A stretch of DNA of 62,955 nucleotides, filler included, from an uncultured virus (IMG/VR IMGVR_UViG_3300005239_003333) (lineage: Duplodnaviria > Heunggongvirae > Uroviricota > Caudoviricetes). It is 3 parts of one record of this genome, joined end to end, with 100 filler letters (N's around TTAATTAATTAA, not from the genome) between each part and the next. Parts side by side here need not be neighbours in the genome. Positions count along the whole stretch, not along the records: positions 28,653 to 58,796 come from IMGVR_UViG_3300005239_003333; 2 more parts are not named here. One strand, written 5' to 3'. The position numbers and the translations under genes are program-made. Positions 30,654-41,555 of this stretch are shown here, in pieces. The notes under the pieces are model-generated. The model had not been told where the DNA came from and did no database searches. It saw only the letters and a list, made by a program, of their open reading frames with translations. The stretch's first letter is position 1. Each line of letters starts with the position of its first letter.

Positions 30654-32390
30654 TATGTTTCAACAGTTTCAATTAATATTCTATTAGACATTGTCGTATT
30701 ATAAAGAAACGGATATTTAAAGTACGGCAGCGTGATATTTGAAGATGTAGATGTTATATCAACATCGCTATAAATAGTATTAAAGGAATATATGTTTAGG
30801 AAAGGCACTTCTCGTATAATATCGCCCTTAGTATTAGTGCGCCGGGTGACCAAACCTTGCACCCCAGGTATACTTAGTATCTGCGCCGTAATATCGCTAA
30901 GATTAATTACCTGACCTAACTCCGCGGTACCTGTCGCGAATGCATTTTTAAAAATAATATCTACATTTTCTTTAATCTTGGTTGCACTAAATCTTTCATT
31001 AATCAATCTACGGATAACCAAAAATGTATTTTCAGTATCAGAAACAATTGGCGACGCTCCTTGTACTTCGAGACCGACTGTTATTGCATTGTAAATTGGG
31101 TCATGTGGTATGATCTCCATGTTTGCCATTTTGCTATCAGTCATAGAGTTAAGTATTTCGGTTTTTTGCGAACTAGTTAAAAAGAGTGGTGCGTTATTAG
31201 CATCAACTGTTCTCAGTCTAGGCACAATAAAAGCGTGAACTGTATTTAACTGTGATGTGCTAGCAAATTTAACTTGGTTGAAAAGAAACCGCGGATCGTC
31301 GTTAGGTCTATCTAGTCCTAGATCGTAATAATATTTTATAACATTATCGATATATGACGCATTATTAACTGTTCTAGTACTAGCCACAATATTCGAATAG
31401 CTTTTGTTGATAAATGTATCAATGTCATTAACTGTTACTAGGCGATTTTGCGCAAAGTATGTTTTAGGAGAATTTACTCTAATTTCATCAACTGTTTCGA
31501 TTTCTGCTGGTTTAGTTGAGCCGTATTCGTTTGTAAAGGCAATATTAGTGGCAGCATTAGGGGTTAAAAAGACGGTACCTGTCTCGTAAATATTCTTCGA
31601 AATTTGTTCAAATTGATTACTAGTAAAAACATTAATATTATTACCATTTAGAGTATTTGACATGATTACGCCCTTTGTACCATCACTTTTTAAATAGTAT
31701 ATAAATATATTATCCCCTGCGCCTAGTTTAACACCGTTAACGTTATTGCCAAATTTTAATTCATAAAATCCATTTTCATTTAACCGCTTCTCAAAAGCAT
31801 AGCTCGAGCTGTCTTGGGTAAATATAGAATCAACTTCGATAAATTCGATAAACTTATTATCATTGAATCTCTTAACAAAAACATTTAAACTATCGTGTTC
31901 AATATTAACAGGTACATTATTAACAGTATCTTTAACTATAAGCGACACTGTCTCGAAACTCTCACCTATAGCTACCTGCGCGGGGTGTTCAAAATATTTA
32001 CCTTGATATAATAGATTTTGATCCGATAGTGTTGTTAATATTTCATTTAAATCGTTTGTTTTACTAAAAGTAGTGTCTTTTATAAAGGAAAAATTAACAC
32101 CGTTAATCGTAAAGTATGAAAATCGTTTTATCGTATATATATTGATAGGTAATAACTCCCCTGCTGTAGCATTAAATGATAGAACCGATGTCTTATAACC
32201 GGTCGGTTTATAACCTATGAGTTTAGTGACTCTATTAATGTTTTCGAAAAGGGTTGATTCGTCAAACAAAGCTTCAGAAGCTGTTTGGTTTAAGTAGAAT
32301 AACGATAGGTGGTATGAAAAAGCGATTATGTCAATAATCGAAGAAATATTACTGCCTTCAAAGTCTTGATCTGTGAAGACGCCACCTTGA
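30653..32390 (-). CDS. gp6: Baseplate wedge subunit (T4 gp6-like), 5' end in gap
   Basis: Upstream frame reads FTDQDFEGSNISSIIDIIAFSYH...; KLIGYKP; YELKFGNNVNG; ETVDEIRVNSP..YFAQNRLVT..D. Confidence 0.85.
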
Positions 32391-33018
32391 NNNNNNNNNN
32401 NNNNNNNNNNNNNNNNNNNNNNNNNNNNNNNNNNNNNNNNNNNNNNNNNNNNNNNNNNNNNNNNNNNNNNNNNNNNNNNNNNNNNNNNNNNNNNNNNNNN
32501 NNNNNNNNNNNNNNNNNNNNNNNNNNNNNNNNNNNNNNNNNNNNNNNNNNNNNNNNNNNNNNNNNNNNNNNNNNNNNNNNNNNNNNNNNNNNNNNNNNNN
32601 NNNNNNNNNNNNNNNNNNNNNNNNNNNNNNNNNNNNNNNNNNNNNNNNNNNNNNNNNNNNNNNNNNNNNNNNNNNNNNNNNNNNNNNNNNNNNNNNNNNN
32701 NNNNNNNNNNNNNNNNNNNNNNNNNNNNNNNNNNNNNNNNNNNNNNNNNNNNNNNNNNNNNNNNNNNNNNNNNNNNNNNNNNNNNNNNNNNNNNNNNNNN
32801 NNNNNNNNNNNNNNNNNNNNNNNNNNNNNNNNNNNNNNNNNNNNNNNNNNNNNNNNNNNNNNNNNNNNNNNNNNNNNNNNNNNNNNNNNNNNNNNNNNNN
32901 NNNNNNNNNNNNNNNNNNNNNNNNNNNNNNNNNNNNNNNNNNNNNNNNNNNNNNNNNNNNNNNNNNNNNNNNNNNNNNNTTAAGCTATAGAATAATGTAC
33001 TGGAACTAAAAATAAAAT

Positions 33019-33587
33019 ATGGCAGACAAATTTTAAGATTAATCGAGCAAATTACCGATAAAATTAATAGTGGATTACAGCCCGGTGGTTTGGTTAAACT
33101 ATCAAGCGACTATAAATCAAAAGAAGGCTATAAGAACCAAAACGAAACGCAGCAAAAGTATATCGATGATTACTTCGCCTCTGAAGGTAATTATATTATA
33201 ACCAATGTTAAAACTGAATACCCATCTAGACAGCCTGGCAATGACGATAATAGAGGCAATTTTTTCTATGTTACGGTTGCTAAAGAATTAGCTAACGGTT
33301 TACATGATGAAGCCGGTCAAGTAACCCTTGCTAGTGATATGCTTGAGCCAATTGAGTTAGGTATTAACAGACATCCAGTCGATCCTGATACCGTTTACGA
33401 TAATAAAGTACAGATTGATCCAGTCGAGGCTGAGGAAAATGAAGAGCAGCAACAAACAATGACCCAACAAGGAGATAGTTTAAAGAAATCAGAACTCTCA
33501 AATCCAACTAAAAATACTACGATTCCATCGAAAGCCGCTACTCCATCACAATCAGTCGGTACTTACACTTCACAATATATGTCATAA
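33019..33587 (+). CDS. Hypothetical (head/structural-type) protein; true start probably 33019 with a contig-edge frameshift
   Basis: MADKF/LRLIEQITDKINSGLQPGGLVKL leads into ORF 33090-33587. Confidence 0.5.
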
Positions 33588-33862
33588 TGAAAGATAACGA
33601 TACACAACTATTAGGCGAAGCTTACACACAAGTACAAGAAGGATTCGGCGACTTTGCTAAAAGCGCTGCTAAAATGACTGGTAAAACAGCTGGTAAAGTT
33701 GGATTAGCAGCAACTGGAGTAGCAGCAAAAACAGCCGGTATCGGACTTGACGGTATAATGAAAGCTTTAAACTACCTTACATCAGCCCAGCTTCAAAAGC
33801 TTGGACAAGCTGCTTTAGATAAAGCAGATCAAATAAAGATTAGCGACGAAGAGGATTGCTAA
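33587..33862 (+). CDS. Small putative head internal protein
   Basis: N-terminal D..LL.EAY..V.E motif; TAATG coupling. Confidence 0.55.
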   Translation: MKDNDTQLLGEAYTQVQEGFGDFAKSAAKMTGKTAGKVGLAATGVAAKTAGIGLDGIMKALNYLTSAQLQKLGQAALDKADQIKISDEEDC

Positions 33863-34423
33863 TGAAAACTTTTCAAGAGTTTCACGAAGATACAAACGTA
33901 GAAGCTGCATTCCAAGAGATTTTACAGGAGTATGGTCCTGGTACGTTTGTAGGTCCTTACCCTAAACCTACAGATATAGGATACCACGATGCATATGGGT
34001 CCTTTGATCCGATTGAAGGTATTGGCGAATCGCCGGATATAATTCCAGGCTTTTTGGAAATACTTCAATATATTTTAGGAAAAATTGGCCCGGCTGTTTC
34101 GGTATTTTTTGGAGCTAAGCTTTTAGGGCGGGGTGTAAATTATATCTTAAAGAAAAATAGAGAGAGGCTAGAAAAAGCTAATGATGAAATAGATTTCGAA
34201 AAGAATTACGAAAAAGAAATTAAATTAGCTGAAATAGCAGAAAAAGGTGAAACGCTTTCTGATGAGCAGATTGTGAATCTAAAAGAGGAGTTATCAAAAC
34301 AGCTAGCAGAAAAATACCCAGCCAAAGAACAAGTGTGTGGCTGGATATTTTAGATAAATTTGCTTCGTTTATGAGGACGAAAACAGGTGCAGGTCTAGCG
34401 ATGATAGCTTTTATTTTAGTCTA
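33862..34423 (+). CDS. Putative internal/membrane-associated protein (probable frameshift near 34330)
   Basis: MKTFQEFHE start; hydrophobic segment ILQYILGKIGPAVSVFFGAKLLG; alternative frame continues LDKFASFMRTKTGAGLAMIAFILV to a stop at 34423. Confidence 0.5.
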
Positions 34424-34858
34424 GACATCAATACTATCTTGATCTGATTTTTCAGATCTAGCATTAGCAATTCTCTCTAGTTTTTTCTTCGCACCATATG
34501 CTTTAGCAGCTTTACCACCTACTACAGCTAACTTAGTTGCTGGCTTTGCGAGTTTACCTAATTTACGGAATTTTAATATTTTAATTACATCTGCAAATGG
34601 TATTAAAGATATAGCAGATATACCAGCGTTAATTATATGTTCTTTAGCTATATCATTCTCTTTTTTCGCTAAAGCTAATCCTGATCTGAGTGAAGATATT
34701 ACAACGTTTACTGTGTCTGCAGCAGGACCAACACCCATTATAGGGTCTAGACCAAGTACATCAAGAGCTGTTTGAAGATTGTCAACTGCATTGCGCTTTC
34801 TTCTTTCTTCGCAAACTACACCATATTGTTCAGCTATTAGGTGTAAATCATCTTTCAT
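34421..34858 (-). CDS. Putative head internal protein with pre-toxin-like helical hairpin
   Basis: MKDDLHLIAEQY start; ALDVLGLDP..GVGPAADTVN...AGISAISLIPFAD; late promoter at 34864-34869. Confidence 0.55.
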   Translation of the reverse strand: MKDDLHLIAEQYGVVCEERRKRNAVDNLQTALDVLGLDPIMGVGPAADTVNVVISSLRSGLALAKKENDIAKEHIINAGISAISLIPFADVIKILKFRKLGKLAKPATKLAVVGGKAAKAYGAKKKLERIANARSEKSDQDSIDV

Positions 34859-34869
34859 TTAATTATTTA

Positions 34870-35784
34870 TTAAATCTTCTCAAGATTGACCCAACACGCA
34901 AAGGCATTAATCTCTTTATCTAATACAAATACGTCTTTATACATATGATCTGAAATAGTCACTATATATTGACGTTTTTTATTATCATCTAAATTAGAAG
35001 TATACACATAATTTAAGTACTGCTTCATTAAGTTATGGTAATCTCCCTGAAACTCGTTTTCATTTTCAATTAGATACTTTCTTAGTTTTAAAGAATCGTT
35101 GGATGTAACATGCTTATGAATAACATTAACTATCTCTTTACTATCAACGCTATGGTCAACTGTAAAGATATTACCTATAGTAGCTTTTTGAACAGTATTA
35201 AGTATCTTGCGGATATCGGGGTAGTCTTGCTTAATTAAATTAACAAAATTAGGTTTCTGATCAGTTTCAATCTTAATGCCTTCCGATTTTACAACACTAA
35301 CTACTCGTTTAACTACATCGTCAAACGGTGGTACTAGATCGAAGAATTGAGTTCTACTTTGAATAGCTGGTATAATTTTATGCTTGTAATTTGCAGTAAG
35401 AATAAAACGAGTCATACTGCTGTATTCCTCCATCGTATTGCGCAGAGCCCTTTGGCCATCAATAGTTATACCGTCAGCCTCGTCAAGTATAACAACCTTA
35501 TGTTTCCCATCGAGAGACTTAGTCTGACTAAAGCCAACTACCTTAGAACGAATAGTATCAATGCCATTCTCATCAGACGCATTAATATAAAGATACTGAC
35601 ATTGCAATACATCATTAACTAATATCCTAGCTAACGTAGTCTTACCTAATCCAGGTGTACCTACAAATAGAAGATTAGGTATTTCATTAGTAATAGAGTC
35701 AAAAAACTTTCTATTACTCTCAGATAATACCATATCTGACAATTTCCCGGGCCTATATTTTTCTACTAAAAGATTATTGAACAT
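34870..35784 (-). CDS. gp44: Sliding-clamp loader AAA+ subunit (T4 gp44/RFC-like)
   Basis: VEKYRP, Walker A GTPGLGKTT, INASDE, ILDEAD, QRALRNTMEE, QSR. Confidence 0.93.
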   Translation of the reverse strand: MFNNLLVEKYRPGKLSDMVLSESNRKFFDSITNEIPNLLFVGTPGLGKTTLARILVNDVLQCQYLYINASDENGIDTIRSKVVGFSQTKSLDGKHKVVILDEADGITIDGQRALRNTMEEYSSMTRFILTANYKHKIIPAIQSRTQFFDLVPPFDDVVKRVVSVVKSEGIKIETDQKPNFVNLIKQDYPDIRKILNTVQKATIGNIFTVDHSVDSKEIVNVIHKHVTSNDSLKLRKYLIENENEFQGDYHNLMKQYLNYVYTSNLDDNKKRQYIVTISDHMYKDVFVLDKEINAFACWVNLEKI

Positions 35785-36079
35785 TATAAAGTGTATATTT
35801 CGTTTTTAATTCTTGTTTCATTTTAATATCATTAACTGCATAAAGCCACAAAAGTCTACCATCTTCACTACTCTGTAGCTTAACATTATTATCATTAGAA
35901 TGATTTATGAAAGCTCCTAGAGGTGTTCTAATATAACCATGTTCAAATAATTCTGAATCATACTTAATATGTGTAATACCTAAGCACTTACCCTTTTTAA
36001 TATCTTTGACAGCAAATAACCCTAAACCGTGTATCGTCGATTTTTTAATAGTAACTTCATCTGGTAATGGTCTATACAT
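35774..36079 (-). CDS. Stand-alone SET-domain protein (putative lysine methyltransferase)
   Basis: IHGLGLFA..DI; FINHS...N; EL..KY. Confidence 0.85.
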   Translation of the reverse strand: MYRPLPDEVTIKKSTIHGLGLFAVKDIKKGKCLGITHIKYDSELFEHGYIRTPLGAFINHSNDNNVKLQSSEDGRLLWLYAVNDIKMKQELKTKYTLYNVQ

Positions 36080-36098
36080 TAGTTGTCGCTTTCTATAA

Positions 36099-36305
36099 TT
36101 AAATATCCGTATAATACCGACTAGTCGTCGAGTTAGTTGAGCACCTACCTTTCCTAATAGGCTTTTTTGTGATCTCCTTACTATTAATTATAGATGAGTT
36201 CCCATCACTGCTTTCGCACTTTTTCTTACCAAAGATATCGTCGTAATTATCTCTATACTTTGCGTGATCGACACCTTCCCGTTCTCTACATCCTTTAGTA
36301 CCCAT
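36099..36305 (-). CDS. Small hypothetical protein
   Basis: Co-oriented between dUTPase and SET; YRDNYDDIFGKK motif. Confidence 0.5.
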   Translation of the reverse strand: MGTKGCREREGVDHAKYRDNYDDIFGKKKCESSDGNSSIINSKEITKKPIRKGRCSTNSTTSRYYTDI

Positions 36306-36307
36306 AA

Positions 36308-36772
36308 TTATTTGCCCGAGGATCCAAACCCTGCATCGCCACGCTTTGCTTTAGATGTCTTCTTAGCCCATCCAACTTTAGTATCATAAATCTTTTCAAC
36401 TTTAATTTGAGCTACCTTATCACCTTTTTTAAAGTTATAATTCCTACCGCTAAAGTTATACATCTTAACTGCACAATCACCTCTATAACCATTATCAATC
36501 TCTCCAAGATGAGGCTGTAGACCGGCTTTAAAACCTAAACCGGACTTAGGTCTCAATACAAACCCATAACCTTTAGTTATATCAGCAACTGTAATACCAA
36601 CAGGCACTACCGCATTACCAACAGTTACATCGCCTATCCACGAACTACTGCAAGGAATAACAGTATCTTCTACTGCATATAGGTCAAAACAATTATCACC
36701 GTCGTGGGCTTTAGTAGGCAGTATAGCATCGTCATGCGTCTTTACAAATTTAATATTAACTTTATTATCCAT
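36308..36772 (-). CDS. dut: Trimeric dUTPase
   Basis: FDL, RPKSGL, GEIDNGYRG, KGDKVAQ, RGDAGFGSSG motifs. Confidence 0.95.
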   Translation of the reverse strand: MDNKVNIKFVKTHDDAILPTKAHDGDNCFDLYAVEDTVIPCSSSWIGDVTVGNAVVPVGITVADITKGYGFVLRPKSGLGFKAGLQPHLGEIDNGYRGDCAVKMYNFSGRNYNFKKGDKVAQIKVEKIYDTKVGWAKKTSKAKRGDAGFGSSGK

Positions 36773-36778
36773 ACCTCT

Positions 36779-36806
36779 ATTATAGATTAATAGTTTAATT
36801 ATTCAA
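36779..36806 (-). promoter_or_regulatory. Sigma70-type promoter of the dut-SET-gp44 operon
   Basis: TTGAAT-N16-TATAAT-N6-ATG. Confidence 0.65.
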
Positions 36807-36828
36807 CTACGTTATTAAATATTTTTAT

Positions 36829-37287
36829 ATGGATGACCAAACTGACGACGCAGTAGATGATTTAATTAGCCAGTTGCAAGGGAATGTGCAGGTTGCTAGA
36901 GATATCGAAACTAAAGAAGAGTTTAAACTTAATAAAGATGAACTTGAAGATTTTCTCTTACAGCATTCAGGTAAATTAATTAAAGGTAGTGTGGACTTCG
37001 TTGACGATGTCAAGCAATTTATTACATCAGCGCCTGATGCTAAAGACTTAGAGGCTTTTAGTAAGCTTGTAGGGGCTTCTGCTGCGGCTATTGAAAGTTT
37101 AAATAAAATCTTAATGAGCAATAAAAAGATTGAAGCTACTGAAAAGCTTAAAATTATGGATATTGAGAGTAAAAAACAATTGCAAGATTCCGATAATGAA
37201 GCTAAGCTATTTCTTAATAGGGAAGAACTTATGAAGCAATTGCTCGATAATGCTCAAATTATCGATGCTGATGTAACTGATAAATAA
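36829..37287 (+). CDS. Probable terminase small subunit (T4 gp16-like)
   Basis: Helical pattern LIKGS....DDVK....SAPDAKDLEAFSKLV...IESLNKI and C-terminal LFLNREELMKQL parallel T4-like TerS; late promoter at 36816-36821. Confidence 0.55.
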   Translation: MDDQTDDAVDDLISQLQGNVQVARDIETKEEFKLNKDELEDFLLQHSGKLIKGSVDFVDDVKQFITSAPDAKDLEAFSKLVGASAAAIESLNKILMSNKKIEATEKLKIMDIESKKQLQDSDNEAKLFLNREELMKQLLDNAQIIDADVTDK

Positions 37288-37910
37288 CCTACTGTATCGA
37301 TGTATCTACTGTTGTAGATGGCCTTGTTGATTNNNNNNNNNNNNNNNNNNNNTTGCATGCTTGTTTTTAAAACAGCATCAGTTAGAGTATTTAAATTAAT
37401 ACTAGTTCGTAATTCATTTCTAGAAATTTTATTATAAAGCGATGATGCAATACTGTTGGGATAAGCAAATGCAGTATCTTCTATATCAAAGTATGGGGAA
37501 GTGCTTGAATCTACGATACTAGTTATATTCGTTATATTACCAATATCATCACTATATTTCGTAAAGTATATGTTACTACCAGAGAAAGAACTTGTAATAA
37601 GATTTTTAAGATTATCAGTTAATGTTTGGAATTTTTCAATATAGAACAATTTAAAAATATTATCAAATTCGTATGATGTATCATCAACGGTTACTTTAAA
37701 ATTATCGTTATTTAAAGCGGTATACAACTTTGCCGTGCTAAGGATTACGTCGTTACTTACTTTAGTTTTTTCAAAATCTATAGCTACACTTAATTGCCCG
37801 GTATAAGTCGCGAAAGCAGACATTAAATTCGTCGCCGTATTATAAAACTCAACGCTAGGCTCCTGTACCAGATCAATATACTCTGGTAATAATGTAATTT
37901 CATTGCTCAT
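37254..37910 (-). CDS. Hypothetical protein (3' end uncertain, gap 37333-37352)
   Basis: ORF TAATG-coupled to the baseplate hub gene. Confidence 0.5.
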   Translation of the reverse strand: MSNEITLLPEYIDLVQEPSVEFYNTATNLMSAFATYTGQLSVAIDFEKTKVSNDVILSTAKLYTALNNDNFKVTVDDTSYEFDNIFKLFYIEKFQTLTDNLKNLITSSFSGSNIYFTKYSDDIGNITNITSIVDSSTSPYFDIEDTAFAYPNSIASSLYNKISRNELRTSINLNTLTDAVLKTSMQXXXXXXXINKAIYNSRYIDTVGYLSVTSASII

Positions 37911-40160
37911 TAAACTATACCCTCCTTAAATTTTGGATCTTCAAAATGATACGTTTTTATAGCCACGAGTTTATTAAGATACGTTGTATCATCAACAAAT
38001 AAATGCTGAACATCTAATATAAAATATATACCTAGTAATTTATTATCGTATGGGTTATCTATATAATCTCCAGCTCTATCTATACTAAAGAAGCGGCCAG
38101 CTTTTCGTTGCAGTTGCCCTTTAACAGTTATCTCTACACCCATATTTGTTATAAGTGCATTTTTTAATAGCTTATTTAACCCGTAGGATTTACGGATTTC
38201 TGGATTATCACCGTATTCAGAAAAGACATTTTCATAATCTAAATTATCGCGTTGCATACCGTTAATAATAAAATTTGGATATGGAGCCTTATCTTTACCT
38301 TTCATAACAGATACATAATTATCAGCAAAAACATCTTTGACATTTTGTATATTAGCATCCTCCATATTAATATTAAATTCTTTCTTATTGAAATCGTATG
38401 AATGAGTGATGTACGATTTAATCTTCTCTCTTCGAATTCTAGAAGCANNNNNNNNNNNNNNNNNNNNNNNNNNNNNNNNNNNNNNNNNNNNNNNNNNNNN
38501 NNNNNNNNNNNNNNNNNNNNNNNNNNNNNNNNNNNNNNNNNNNNNNNNNNNNNNNNNNNNNNNNNNNNNNNNNNNNNNNNNNNNNNNNNNNNNNNNNNNN
38601 NNNNNNNNNNNNNNNNNNNNNNNNNNNNNNNNNNNNNNNNNNNNNNNNNNNNNNNNNNNNNNNNNNNNNNNNNNNNNNNNNNNNNNNNNNNNNNNNNNNN
38701 NNNNNNNNNNNNNNNNNNNNNNNNNNNNNNNNNNNNNNNNNNNNNNNNNNNNNNNNNNNNNNNNNNNNNNNNNNNNNNNNNNNNNNNNNNNNNNNNNNNN
38801 NNNNNNNNNNNNNNNNNNNNNNNNNNNNNNNNNNNNNNNNNNNNNNNNNNNNNNNNNNNNNNNNNNNNNNNNNNNNNNNNNNNNNNNNNNNNNNNNNNNN
38901 NNNNNNNNNNNNNNNNNNNNNNNNNNNNNNNNNNNNNNNNNNNNNNNNNNNNNNNNNNNNNNNNNNNNNNNNNNNNNNNNNNNNNNNNNNNNNNNNNNNN
39001 NNNNNNNNNNNNNNNNNNNNNNNNNNNNNNNNNNNNNNNNNNNNNNNNNNNNNNNNNNNNNNNNNNNNNNNNNNNNNNNNNNNNNNNNNNNNNNNNNNNN
39101 NNNNNNNNNNNNNNNNNNNNNNNNNNNNNNNNNNNNNNNNNNNNNNNNNNNNNNNNNNNNNNNNNNNNNNNNNNNNNNNNNNNNNNNNNNNNNNNNNNNN
39201 NNNNNNNNNNNNNNNNNNNNNNNNNNNNNNNNNNNNNNNNNNNNNNNNNNNNNNNNNNNNNNNNNNNNNNNNNNNNNNNNNNNNNNNNNNNNNNNNNNNN
39301 NNNNNNNNNNNNNNNNNNNNNNNNNNNNNNNNNNNNNNNNNNNNNNNNNNNNNNNNNNNNNNNNNNNNNNNNNNNNNNNNNNNNNNNNNNNNNNNNNNNN
39401 NNNNNNNNNNNNNNNNNNNNNNNNNNNNNNNNNNNGTGCTACTAGCTGGTGATGAATAAAATATTTGGGATAGACCATCTTCAAAAAACGGGGTCAATTC
39501 TTCACCTGTATCAACATCTATGTTTGTTTTTATGGCTGCACCATCGGAAAGAGACCTTTTTATTATATGCTTCAAACATTTACCTGTAGGTACTTCCCTC
39601 TGCTTATTACTTAACTGAGTTAATGTATCTGAACTGGCCTCTATTACATCAGTAGAACTAAAAAACCCTTTTTGCTCTTTTAAAATTTCGAGATCGTAAT
39701 CTACAATTGAGTATTTTTTAGCTTGTTTTTCATTATAAGACAATGATTCTTCATCTTCAAGACAGAATATATATTTAATAGCAAAAATTTTGTTGTAGTT
39801 ATCGTTGTTGCTATTATAATCTTGTTTATTGCCGTCAATAGGCAGTATTTCAATTTTTAGTAAGTCTCTACCGTCTCCTCTCATTGTATACCCTTTCTGA
39901 CTTTTCTTATCAGTAAATTCCGTATCTTCAGGCGACGAAACAAATCGCTCTAATACATCATCGGTATTATCGAGTATAATAGTACCTTTTAACCATGGTT
40001 CAAAAATATTATCAAATATATTTAATTCCAAAACACTACTCTTTGTTAAGGTTACTAAATCCCCGTCAGGGTTAAAAAGTGTAACTTTGAAGATATACTT
40101 TTCACTATCTATAATGTAGGTAAATCTCTCTTCGTATACGGTATCGGTAGTATATCTCAT
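37910..40160 (-). CDS. Probable baseplate hub protein (gp27-like), N gap 38448-39436
   Basis: N-terminal ELNIFDNIFEPWLKGTIILD; C-terminal EITVKG...RKAGRF...GIYFILDVQHLF; follows gp53. Confidence 0.6.
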
Positions 40161-40311
40161 TGTAACTGGTCTTTAATACTCTGCAAAACTATTTTTAAGA
40201 AAGGTTTTTTAATAAAGCGAATTTTTTTACCAGATTCAATTTTTAGCGGATTTTTAATATTGTTAACAATTATAATTAGCCCCATAGATAGGTGTACCGT
40301 ATATTCTATAA
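40157..40311 (-). CDS. Baseplate wedge gp53/LysM-like protein, C-terminal fragment (missed by ORF track)
   Basis: YRIYGT.YLW.LIIIVNNIKNPLKIESGKKIRFIK..., with indels at the contig edge; ATGA overlap with the hub gene. Confidence 0.65.
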
Positions 40312-40378
40312 NNNNNNNNNNNNNNNNNNNNCTATTATTTATAACTAAAACAAGTTATAACTAGCTAGTAATTATCAC

Positions 40379-41542
40379 CTAGCCAATGGGTTTATTAACA
40401 GTTAATTTATCCTTTTTAACACTCGCATAAATGAAGTTTCTCGTTTCTTCATTTAACCCGGTTATAGATAGTGATAATTCATACGCATCGGGTATAACGG
40501 TTTTTATATTACCAATATTACTTACCGAGCCGCCATTAGCTCCTTCGCTCATTATAGGGACATCAAACTCCATATCTCGTCTATTACCTAGGAATTTAAC
40601 AGATAAACTCGATATGTAAGCGTAAGGCATATACGCTACCCCAGGTAAATGTACTTCATATATAACCGGTTGATCGATAATACTTTTGCTAACTCTACCA
40701 GGACGATTTTGATATACGAGACCAAATATCAACTGCCAGTTGAGCCTTACATCTTCAAAAGAGCCAGTATTTAAAAGTGGTATCGTAACATTTAATGTTC
40801 TACCCGAATCTCCCATACTGAACTGCTTAGATTTTTCTATATAAGTACCAGGTTTAGCTATATTTAAAACGTTAGTTAAAGATGCAGCATCGGCTGCTAA
40901 GTTAGCTAACGGGCCTAATATATTATTATCGTCTCCTGTTCCGAAATTATTATTAACCTCTCTGTATGCATCTTCTAAATACGGGAAATAATAATTAAAC
41001 CCTGTATACTCAGTAGCATATAGACCTTCGTAAGGTTTTAATACATCACTATCAAATGTTTTGAAGTATCCACCCTGCATTACAGTTTCAAAGGCGTCTC
41101 GCAATTTCGATTTATTGGACACCTCTTCAGCAGTAGTAGTTGCTGCATCAACAGCATCACCACTAGTTGTTGCATCTTCGGGATTTTCTGTAGGAAAAAA
41201 CCTGTCAACTAACCCAGCAGCAGTATTACCTAATGCTGAAACATTATCTACCGATGCAAGCGCGGAGTATACCATATTAGTCACTGTAGAATTTAGTACA
41301 ATTCGCTGTTCTATCATTTGCAATTTAGGTACATCATCTCGTGAGCCTTTTGGGCTATTTGTCCATGCAAAATCATTTACAACATTTATTGGATCTTTTA
41401 ATTGACTGCTCTGATCACCATATATGCCTAAATTGGTTAAATCTTTAATATCAGTAGTACTATCAGACAGCCTACTCTCCCCTCTCGTAAGAATAGGTAG
41501 AGCGGTTGTACCTCCAAACTGTAAATTCCAAAGATTACTCAT
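40379..41542 (-). CDS. Baseplate tail-tube cap (gp48-like)
   Basis: RTLNVTIPL...PVIYEV...MPYAYISSLSVKF...IPDAYELSLSI pattern; sits between tape measure and gp53; late promoter at 41550-41555. Confidence 0.55.
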   Translation of the reverse strand: MSNLWNLQFGGTTALPILTRGESRLSDSTTDIKDLTNLGIYGDQSSQLKDPINVVNDFAWTNSPKGSRDDVPKLQMIEQRIVLNSTVTNMVYSALASVDNVSALGNTAAGLVDRFFPTENPEDATTSGDAVDAATTTAEEVSNKSKLRDAFETVMQGGYFKTFDSDVLKPYEGLYATEYTGFNYYFPYLEDAYREVNNNFGTGDDNNILGPLANLAADAASLTNVLNIAKPGTYIEKSKQFSMGDSGRTLNVTIPLLNTGSFEDVRLNWQLIFGLVYQNRPGRVSKSIIDQPVIYEVHLPGVAYMPYAYISSLSVKFLGNRRDMEFDVPIMSEGANGGSVSNIGNIKTVIPDAYELSLSITGLNEETRNFIYASVKKDKLTVNKPIG

Positions 41543-41555
41543 ATACTATTATTTA

